Part shown: one piece after another, positions 53,994 to 64,000 of the stretch
How the letters are laid out: each line of letters begins with the position of its first letter
Numbering within the stretch: the first letter of the stretch is position 1
NCBI GenBank assembly: GCA_030390025.1
Contig: CM059432.1
Location: 70,062,001 to 70,126,000 of the forward strand
Reading direction: 5' to 3'
Length of the DNA stretch: 64,000 bases
From: Squalus acanthias
Lineage: Eukaryota
Notes under the pieces: generated by a model
Databases searched by the model: none
Told to the model about the DNA's origin: nothing
The model's input: only the letters and a program-made list of their open reading frames with translations
Made by a program: the position numbers and the translations under genes

Positions 53994-55403
53994 TGTATCT
54001 TTAGTCATCCAGGGAGCTTTAGCTTTGGATCCCCTTCCTTTTCCCCTCGTAGGAATGTGTCTACTCTGTACCCAAACTATCTCCACTTTGATTCATTGTT
54101 CATTTACTGTTTTGCCTATCAATTTTTGATTCCAGTCCACCTTGGCCTGTTCCCTTTTTTAACTCACTGAAATTAGCCCTCTTCCAGTTAATTATTTTTA
54201 CGATTGATTGTTCCTTGTCCTATTCCATAAGTATTCCAAACCAGATGATATTATGATCACTGTTCCCCAAATGCTCCCCGATTGTAACATGCTCCACCTG
54301 CCCTACTTCATTCCCCAGAGCTAGATGAAGCATTGCTTCCTTCCTTGTGGGCTGGAAACATTGTTGTTGATCTTTCCCACTGTGTGTTTTGTTCTCCTAT
54401 AACTTAGTGATTAATTGTTGTAAGATTTAAACAACACAATGTACGTGCACCCAATTCTTCAGATTCAAAGAAAGAGAATTGCCACTGTGTCATTTAACTC
54501 TTTCAAAAAGGAGCTGACTAACTATCTGGTTGGGAATAGGACTGGAGGTTATAGGGATAGGTATTGACTTGGACGATTAAATACTTCATGGGTCATAATG
54601 GTACCTTGTGCTGCTGGGACCAGGGAGAGGGGAAGGGAGATCTTGAATTGTCTTAGACACATTGATACTGATCTTGGTTGGCCTATCCAGTGCTTATTCT
54701 CTTCCTCCATCCAACCAGCCTAGGATTGGAAATTCATGCTGCACAATGATTAGATACAGCACATAGATGTATCAGCATGCTCTATCAGTTTCTTCACAGA
54801 TTCCCTTTTTAAAAAAATCATATATATGTGCCTTTAGCCCTTCAAAAAAACTTACACTACTAATGTTAAATGGTAAGGTTTCTGATCAATAGTGCACACT
54901 ATGGCAGAAGCCGACTGTGCTGAAACAGATGTTGATCTTTGTAAATCCCAAAGCCTTCTGTTAGTGCAGATGATAAGATCAGCCAGATAAATGTGCTGGT
55001 TATTAAAGGACTGCCAACAGAAGCTGATTGATGCGAACACTTCCAGCATGAAAATATGCCCCAGATGGATGTTCAGTCACTTGTCAATAGAATTTAGTCA
55101 TGGAAGTAAAGGCAGTCAATATCTGCTGTAATCGATAATGGGAAACAACAAAGCAACCAAGCTCTATTTCACAGGAAGTAGCAATTCACAAGACAAGTAT
55201 ATTCAATGATTGTTCTTTCCTATATGTGCTATACTTGGGTTTACCATCACTCAGTTAGTCTTTTAAATGACCAAATTACTTTGATTACTAGTATTGAATA
55301 GGGCTGCAAAGTGTCAAAAATAAATATCCTATACTAGTAGACAATTGAGAGGGACAAGGTTATGGAGGGTTATAAACACAAGGATGAGAATTTTAAATTT
55401 GAG

Positions 55404-56296
55404 GGGGTAAAAATTCAGTTGGTTGCGCCTCCCGTTAGCGCCTTAAGAGGGCGCTAATGGGGCGCAAAGCCGCTAACGCCCGGGTGCAGCGATGTTTGCG
55501 CCGCTCGGGAACTTAACTAGAGATTGTGCGGCGGCGCTAAACTTTACCGCTGCGACCACCTGCGCGCGCAGATTGTGACGTCATTCCATGGTGCAACGCC
55601 CTTGTGGCGCCCCGGAGCGGAAATTGAGTGGCGCCCCCTGCCTTACCGCCTGACGCTAGCAATGACCAGAAGACTGGAACGCTATCAATCGCTGTGGGGC
55701 TGGGGGGGGCGCTATTTAAAGGGGGCCTCTTCCTGTCTTTTATTGTTGGTGGCATTTTTGAACTACGCATTCTGAGAGAGAGAGGGAGAGACTTCTGGAG
55801 AGATTCAACGTTGTGTGAAGGAGTTTTGGGTACTGAGCAGCACTTTGGAGGTTCATTTTGATTTGCCATTCCTTGTATCGATTTAGCAGAGACTGTGGGA
55901 GCTGCACTCTGAGCTCTTTGCCTGGTACTCTCCATTGTTCTTTCCAGCACATTTGATGTGCAAGTCTCTCCAGGCCGAGATTCAAGGCTGCAATGAACAG
56001 GATGTGGATGGAAAGCAAGATTAACCATCCCCTTTAAGAACTGGCCCGTGCCATTGTGTGTGTGTTCCATTGCTGACTGACATTACATGAGCTTCGCCAG
56101 CGCTCTGAGTTAGCGCCTCACTCCTTGGCCTTTGCGCCTTAAGACAGGTGTGCAGTGCCTGATTTAGCGCTCCACTCACCTCCCGGGGCGGTAAAAGTGA
56201 AGTTTCCAGTCAGTGCCGATAATTAGCGCCAGGCGCTAATATTTGCGTCCAGACGATATTTGCGCCCCAAATGGGGCGCGACCTAATTTTTACCCC
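55404..56296 (-). mobile_element. Harbinger-like MITE family B
   Basis: TIRs GGGGTAAAAATT / AATTTTTACCCC, TSD GAG; inverted copy of 41790-42682. Confidence 0.92.
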
Positions 56297-56299
56297 GAG

Positions 56300-56935
56300 G
56301 TGTTTTATATATGGAGTTGCAGGAAAGATGTCAGGAATTTGGGAAGTGACACCACGTTCAAGAAATTTGGAGAGGAATGGGAGGCGGTGGTAGTTTGCAT
56401 GGACAGAGGGGTTGAGGGTGGGTATTTTGAGGAGGATTGGGGGATGATTGTGGTTTTGAAAGTGAGGGGGAAATTACCTGAGGAGAGGGGACCATTTACA
56501 ATGTCAGCTAGCATGGCTGCCAGGAGGAGAAGTTGAGTAGTCAGCAGTGCAGTGGGAATGGGGTTAAGGGAGCAGGAAGTGGGTCTCATGGCCAAGATGA
56601 GAGAAACAAGAGCAAGACTGGGATCAGGACTGGGGAAGGGGGAAGTCTGGGGGGAAGGTTGGCTTGGCGGGCAATGGGAAGGGCAAACAGCAGAGGCAGC
56701 TGAATGGATGGTCTCAATTTTAGTGATAAAGAAGTCCATGAGCTCCTCATGCTTTTGGTTGGAGGTGAGGGTGGAGGGGACAGGGGAGAGGGGTTTATGG
56801 ATATAAGAGTGCAGAAAAAAAACCAAAGATATTCCTGGAGTAGTGGGCAGATTTTGTAGAGGAGAGTGAGGCCTGATAGCTCTTGATGTGGTCCAGCCAG
56901 ATCTAGTGATGGATAGCTAAACCAGTTGTGCAACA
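56300..56935 (-). mobile_element. L2 LINE ORF2 fragment
   Basis: ORF 56305-56826(-) FFITKIETI...TSCSLNPIPT..LL...LSSGNFP..FK, typical of the L2 pre-RT region. Confidence 0.8.
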
Positions 56936-58052
56936 TATACGCTCATGTTTGCACCCCTTGGACTTGAGTGAGCGAAGCAGCAATGGGCTCAGGTGCAGAG
57001 AAGCAACTAAAGTCTGTACGAAAATGGAGATAAACTACATAGGCATGGCAGTCATCATGTGAGTCATGTAATGATCGTAAACTGATGGAAGAGAGGATAT
57101 AATATGAAACAGTCCAAAATCTTACGGCCTGTGGTGGAATAGATTCCATTTGTAGGCACGGTAGAGTCACCTTGGGTAGCTACATACTAATGGGCTGTAT
57201 TTTGCGACCCCCACGGGTACGTACGAGGTGCGCACGCGCCCGTAGGGGCCGCGCAAGTTCCGGGTTTAGGCATGCGAAGCGCATGCGCTGAAACCCGGCA
57301 CTTGTGATCTGTCAAGAATCTCTTGACAGATCCTCCGTATCCCCGGGAGAAGTTCCTCTGCGGGTGGAGAGTTGCACTATTTGCCCAACTTCCGCCCGCT
57401 GAAAGGCCATGGAATTCTTACGCCTGGTAAAAGCAGGCGTAAAGGCCTGCTTTTACCAGCATAAGAGTTTTAAAAAATAGAAAAATAAAATGTTATCACT
57501 CATTTATACATTAAAAACCCTGTCCAATAAGGTAAGTTTATATTTAGCCCCGTTAAAACATATAGGGGGCTAAATTCGGTTGATTGGCGCCTCCCTAAGA
57601 GGGCGCTAACGTGGCATAAATCAACTAGTGCCTGGCTGCGGCGCCGCTAATGCATCCCACGAAATTCAGTGGGAGATTAGCAGCGGCGCTGCGCCGCCGG
57701 CGATGACGTCATCGCCGTGCGCAGCGCCCCGCTCGTGCCCCGGCTGTAATATTGGGTGATGCCCCCCGACTTACCACCGGACACTATGTCCGCCGGGGTC
57801 AAGGGGGCCTACCTGTGGCCGGGGTGGCGCTAGTTAAAGGGGAGGTGGCGGGCGGCCATTTTTGTTGCTGGCCGCCTGCCAGCACCTGCCCCCGTTGCTG
57901 TCCTCGGCCCCCGTGAAGCCCCCCCGCGGGGTACTGGCTGCTCTCCGTGAGCCCGGCACTCCTCTTGAGTGCCGGGCTCGTTTGCCGGCACTCCCGATCC
58001 CTGATGGCCCAGCTGGGCACCGGGATACGCTGTGCCAGGCCCCTCTCCTTTA

Positions 58053-58154
58053 GTAACTTTACCTGAAGAAGGGGCGATCGATAGCTCCGAAAGCTTGTAA
58101 TTTTAAATAAATCTGTTGGACTATAACCTGGTGTTGTGCGACTTCTCATTTTTG
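58053..58154 (+). mobile_element. Penelope-type terminal-repeat mini-insertion carrying a hammerhead ribozyme motif (second family)
   Basis: TSD TCCTTTA (58046-58052, 58155-58161); AT-rich insert within a GC-rich MITE; AATAAA at 58106. Confidence 0.85.
58059..58100 (+). ncRNA. Minimal type I hammerhead ribozyme motif
   Basis: TTAC-CTGAAGA-A-GGGGC(GATCGATA)GCTCC-GAAA-GC-TT-GTAA: core, stem I TTAC/GTAA, stem II, palindromic AAGCTT stem III. Confidence 0.82.
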
Positions 58155-61100
58155 TCCTTTAATAAGGGGAGGAAGGCCTGCAGTACCGCGGCACGTAGCG
58201 CCACAATATTGGCTTGCAGCGCTCCAAGAGGGACGCGGGGTGCTTCCAGTAGCGCCCCTCCTCCCTCTCGGGGCGCTACCTGGGAAAATCAGCCGCAGGG
58301 GCGCTAACTTTTTCGGGGCGCTAACCCGGTGAAGGGCGCTACCCAATTTTAACCCCATAATTTTTTTTTCAAAACATTAAATTTTTCTTTAAAATATTTA
58401 ATTAAATGCCATTTTAATTAATTTTATATATGTAATTTTTAAAATTTATTTCATGTGCTCGTGTATTTTTTACATCATCCCCATTCATACTTATGACAGT
58501 TCCCTACGTACGGAACTCCCATAAGTATGAATGGGGATTCCCTTCTTTCATTGGTTGGGCTGGCCCACGTGATCCCAGGAGTGCTTGCAAACCACATGCG
58601 CCCCTGGGACACGTGGGCCTCTACGCATTTCTACCAGGAGTGGCCCAGGATCGCAAGCCTCCGTATCTCCCGGACCACCAGGTAAATGCGTAGATTTTTT
58701 GATGATCGGAGGCTTCAGGCCCAATATCTAAATTTGAAGTCAGTGGCAGTGAAGGAGTGGATTCAGGAGTTCTTAGAGAGTAATATCTGAGACCTGGTGG
58801 ATGTTGTCCAATGGATTCAAAGAGCCAAGAAGGAGCGGAGAGCCGGCCATTAACCAACATAGGTTGATCCCAAGGTCCAGTCGAGGTGCATAGTGGCCTC
58901 AAGTGTTACCAGTGGGGAACCAGCGGATCTGCTGGATGAACAGAAGCATGTGCAGCAGTGGGAGTGAAATCCAGAAGCCAAGCGCCAAGGGTGCAGGGTG
59001 AAGGGTAAATCCTAGGGATCAGTTCAGATGATTAAGATCGTCCAAGGAGCAGTTGTAAGGCAGTGAGAAGCACACAAGATTGGTAGCAGCAGGAACTTGA
59101 GAATATTTTCAGAAAGTGTGATTAAGTGATTCACTCTATGCACAGACCAATTAAATACTTTTTGACAGTGGCATTCATTTCTATGTGAAATCCATTGTTC
59201 TTTATGGGATAAACAGTGGAAGCTTACTGCGCTACTTTTCACTGTAAGTGAGTAGTTATGTCATTCTAATGGGGTTTTTCATTCAGGTGCATGTTAAACA
59301 AATTGGGAAATTGGATGTGTTTTTTTCTTTAACTAAGCTGTCATTATAAGTAGGCCATGCTATAATTGATGTAAGTAAACAGAAACAATTTAAGTTTGTA
59401 TGTACATTTGCACTCAAGGATTGTGTTTCAGGCTGTTCCTCTTTGTTGTGTTTGCTGACCAACACATGCAGAATCATAGATTTTGAGGTACTGTAGTTAT
59501 TAAGAAACTGAAATAAAAATCAACATTAGTAAAAACTTTGGCTTTAAAGTCTTTTGAAATTATTCTTCGTCACTTTGGGGCTACAATACTTGGCATAAAA
59601 ATAAACTATTTTAGATTGAAGTACAGTTTATTCAATAAAGTTTATTAATAATGTCAAAAATACCATTTCATTTTTTTTTAAAGAAACAAAGAATATAGAG
59701 AGTTTTGGGGTTCTCACTGCCTGGTACTAATAATATCAGTTAAGTAATTGAGCGTGTCAGTTATTTTTTAACCGTGGCAAAATTGCCTATTTGCAGCAGC
59801 AGCAGAATACGGGATTCCTGTTTAGTGAGTGCTCGCATTCTCAGCAGCAAGGTGCATTTTAATTTGTCCGCTGTCCATGGTAGAGTCTAGTTTTGCCCAT
59901 TAACTAGCTTGGCACACTGAATGGAAAGTTCTATTCTTTTGCTACGCACCATCTCAGACATTGGTAGTTAACATGGCAAGGACTATGCCTATGCCACCTA
60001 GTTGGCAAATACAGAATTGCATTGGTTCTGATGGAATGCAACAGTGGAAAGCAATGAAGGTGGAGGGGTGCAAAACGCTTATGTGGAAAAGGGAGGTGGA
60101 ATTCTCCCCTACTCGAAAGAAAAAAAATAATTTCAGGATCAAGAAATAAACATTACGCCTAATAAGTCTGACCGCTTTTGATAGATTTCAGCCCATTCCG
60201 CATTCACTTTCTCTCCAAATACCTCAACTCCCCTTTCCAGGAGCACATCTTGATGTCTGTTCATCCAATTTCTATTATTCACTTCAATGGTTTTCTCTGG
60301 GAACTCATTATTTTGCATAAAAATAACTTCCCTTCTTTCTCCTGACTTGGTAATTTTTTTAACTTGTTCCCCATCCAGTTTTAAACCCTTCACCATAGTG
60401 GATAATTTGCCTGGCTTAATTTAGTCAATACTCATCATCCTGAAGAAGTCAACTCATGTGCAAATTGTGTGTTTATCGTAATTCAATTTGCAATATTAGA
60501 ACTATATCAATTTAATATAAATGTATGGTGTGGTAGAAAAAGAAGTTATTTTTTTGAAATTGTAAAAGAAATATATATATCAGGTTTGATGCACGCTGCC
60601 AATAATAGAGTATTGTGAGGACCATCTTGGTACCTTTGTTTGCAGTTAGCTACTTAAAATATGGCCTAGAATTTTAGAAATTGCAGCGCAGAAGAAGGCA
60701 TTTAACTCATTGTGCCAGCGCCCTGATTCTGATACAATATTAATATTGTAATGCTTTTATTATGCTGTTAGTTATTAGTGTATAGTATTATAGTAGAGTA
60801 AATTTTACAAGTTCGAACTCCCAACAAGGAATCTCACTCTATGAGAGGGAAGATAGATCATCGGAGTTTAGCCTCCCAATTCACAGCCCTCCCTTTTGTT
60901 TGGTTATTAATTTTAATACTCGAAAATCGGCAGCCGCACAAATTGAGCGCACTGATCGTTGGCCCAATTGTCCAGTCTGCCGTCCTGTTAAGCAAAGCTC
61001 GCACTAGGAGTGCTAATTGGAAAAATTTGTCCCAGTATATTTCAGTGTAACCAATGCTACACATTGGCTCTGTGAACATTTTTTTTATTTGCCTTGCAGA

Positions 61101-61653
61101 ACATCCTAAAAAAAATAATTGGGAACAACCACTGAGTAAATGATATGGAGAAAATGCGTTCTGCTGGAAATTGCATGATCTCTTTTGGCTCATTGCTGAT
61201 CTCGTGGCTGACAGATCAGAAGGTATTCTGGTTTAATTTTTTGCTGGCAGATTTATTCCTCTATTAGAAAATTTATATAAATAACATTGCATGAAAGATG
61301 ATGGTTTCTTTTTTAATAAGCTGATACTTCAATGTGAAGAGAGAGAACTAAAGACAATTCCTATCCTACTACCCTCCCCCATCCCTCTCAGCTTCAGCTT
61401 TTTCACCTCGTGAGCAATACTGACAACAAGCTGTTCACTTCCAGAGCTTTCCAGGCTTGAGATTACCTCTTAATCATTTTGTTATGGATTGCAATTCCAA
61501 ATATAATAGTGATGCTGTACAGAAACATCAGGGACACTTTTCATAAAATCATTAAGATAGTTTTGCCACAATCGCTTTCACAAGCTTGTACTTGTTGCAA
61601 GTTTTGACTTTTCTGGTAACTTGTAAGTCTTTTGCTCTGCTGCATCCATGTAG

Positions 61654-64000
61654 CATAGAATCATAGAATCATAGAAATTTACAGCACGGAAGGAGGCCCT
61701 GTCAGCCCATCGTGTCCGCGTTGGCCGACAAAGAGCTATCCAGCCTAATCCCACTTTCCAGCTCTTGGTCCGTAGCCCTGTAGGTTACGGCACTTCAAGT
61801 GCACATCCAAGCACTTTTTAAATGTGGTTAGGGTTTCTGCCTCTACCACCCTTTCAGGCAGTGAGTTCCAGACCCCCACCACCCTCTGGGTGAAGAAATG
61901 TCCCCTCACATTCCCTCTAAACCTCCTACCAATTACTTTAAATCTATGCCCCCTGGTTGTTGACGCCTCTGCTAAGGGAAATAGGTTCTTCCTATCCACT
62001 CTATCTAGGCCCCTCATAATTTTATACACTTCAATAAGGTCTCCCCTCAGCCTCTTCTATTCCAAAGAAAACAAACCCAGCCTATCCAATCTTTCCTCGT
62101 AGCTAAAATTCTCCAGTCCAGGCAACATCCTCGTAAATCTCCTCTGCACCCTCTCTAGCGCAATCACATCATTCTGTAATGTGGTGACTAGAACTGCACG
62201 CAGTACTCTAGCTGTGGTCTAACTAGTGTTTTATACAGTTCAAGCATAACCTTCCTGCTCTTGTATTCTATGCCTCGGCTAATAAAGGCAAGTATTCCGT
62301 ATGCCTTCTTAACCACCTTATCTACTTGGCCTGCTACCTTCAGGGATCTGTGGACCTGCACTCCAAGGTCCCTTTGTTCCTCTACACTTCTCAGTGTCCT
62401 ACCATTTAATGTGTATTCCCTTGCCTTGTTAGGCCTCCCCAAATTCATTACCTCACACTTCTCCAGATTGAATTCCATTTGCCACTGTTCTGCCCACCTG
62501 ACCAGTCCATTGATATTTTCCTGCAGTCTGCAGCTTTCTTCTTCATTATCCACCGCATGGCCAATTTTTGTATCATCTGCAAACTTCTTAATCATACCCC
62601 CTGCATTCATGTCTAAATCATTGATATATACCGCAAAAAGCAAGGGACCTCGTACTGAGCCCTGCGGAACCTCACTGGAAACAGCCTTCCAGTCACAAAA
62701 ACACCCATCAACCATTACACTTTGCTTCCTGCCTCTGAGCCAATTTTGGATCCAACTTGCCACTTTGCCCTGGATCCCATGGGCTTTCACTTTTGTGACT
62801 AGTCTGCCATGTGGGACTTTATCAAAAGCCTTGCTAAAATCCATATACGCTACATCAAACGCACTACCCTCATCGACCCTCCTTGTTACCTCCTCAAAAA
62901 ATTTAATCAAGTTAGTCAGACACGACCTTCCCTTAACAAATCCATGCTGACTGTCCTTGATTAATCCGTGTCTTTCTAAATGAGGATTTATCCTGTCCCT
63001 CAGAACTTTTTCCAATAATTTTCCCACCACCGAGGTTAGGCTGACTGGCCTGTAATGACTTGATCTATCCCTTTCTCCCTTTTTAAACAAAGGTACAACA
63101 TTAGCAGTCCTTCAGTCCTCTGGCACCACACCTGCAGCCAGAGAGGATTGGAAAATGATGGTCAGAGCCTCTGCTATTTCCTCTCTTACTTCTCTGAACA
63201 GTCTGGGATACATTTCATCCGGGCCTGTGGATTTATCCACTTTCAAAGCTGCTATGCCCTTAATACTTCCTCTCTCACTATGTTTATTTCATCTAATATT
63301 TCACACCCCTCCTCCCTGATTGCAATGTCTGCATCACCCCTCTCTTTTGTGAAAACAGATGCAAAGTATTAATTAAGAACCACCTCCACACACAGATTAC
63401 CTTTATGGTCTCTAATAGGCCCTACTCTTTCTTTAGTTATCCTCTTGCTCTTAATGTATTTATCAAACATCTTTGGGTTTTCCTTGATTTTACTTGCCAA
63501 AATGTTTTCATGCTCTCTCTTTGCTTTCCTAATTTCCTTTTTAATTGCACCCCTGCACTTTCTATACTCCTCTAGAGTTTCTGCAGTATTGAGCCCTCGG
63601 TACCTGTCATAAGCCTCCCTTTTTTTTCTTTATCCTACCCTGTATGTCCCTTGACATCCAGAGGGCTCTAGATTTGTTAGTCCCACCCTTTTTCTTTAAG
63701 GGAACATACTTGCTCTGAACCCTCAGGATCTCCTCCTTGAATGTCTCCCACTGCTCTGACACCGATTTACCTTCAAGTAGCTGTTTCCAGCCCACTTTGG
63801 CTAAATCCCATCTCAGCTTAGCAAAATTGACTTTTCCCCAATTGAGAACTTTTATTCCTGGTCTATCTCTGTCCTTTTCCATAACTACCCTAAATCTAAC
63901 TGAATTATGATCACTAGCACCAAAATGCTCTCCCACTGATACCCCTTCCGCCCGCCCAGCTTCATTCCCTAAAACTAAGTCCAGAACCGTCCCCTCCCTT
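61654..64000 (-). mobile_element. CR1 LINE ORF2 and 3' tail (continues past window end)
   Basis: ORFs 62188-63090(-) RT, 61745-62029(-), 63607-63936(-); tail (CATAGAAT)n. Confidence 0.95.

Larger units (their letters stand above)
47504..54360 (-). mobile_element. CR1 LINE (pieces 47504-48677, 51298-52084, 53994-54360)
   Basis: Tail (AGTCATAG)2; ORFs 47846-48082(-), 48166-48555(-), 51499-51699(-); text resumes across insertions. Confidence 0.88.
57565..58356. mobile_element. GC-rich Harbinger-like MITE (family B-related) nested in 57192-58722
   Basis: TIRs GGGGGCTAAATT / AATTTTAACCCC, TSD ATA, AGCGCC motifs. Confidence 0.85.
57192..58722. mobile_element. Hairpin-rich Harbinger-like MITE (outer element of a nest)
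   Basis: GGGCTG...CAGGCCC ends, TSD AAT; right TIR degenerate. Confidence 0.7.

Noticed and set aside
61100..61221. Candidate exon with a strong acceptor
   Set aside because: Stops in all three frames; a non-coding exon cannot be supported without RNA data.

Overview
Eukaryotic, repeat-dominated, apparently non-genic (intronic or intergenic) DNA. The repeat families (CR1 and L2 LINEs, a SacSINE1/DeuSINE-like SINE, Penelope-type terminal fragments) point to a cartilaginous fish, which is an inference. No host exon could be supported. Contents: (i) several nested CR1 LINEs; (ii) a dense PIF/Harbinger population, comprising one almost intact 4.26-kb two-gene element (DDE transposase plus a spliced, convergent Myb/SANT gene), deletion derivatives and over 15 MITEs, many with 3-bp TSDs; (iii) a 2.4-kb 16-bp minisatellite with G-quadruplex potential; (iv) the most notable item, two 100-145 bp insertions with 7-8 bp TSDs, each starting with a complete minimal type I hammerhead ribozyme motif, plus a third degenerate inverted copy. 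All three sit inside Harbinger elements. Family names come from visual recognition, not database searches.
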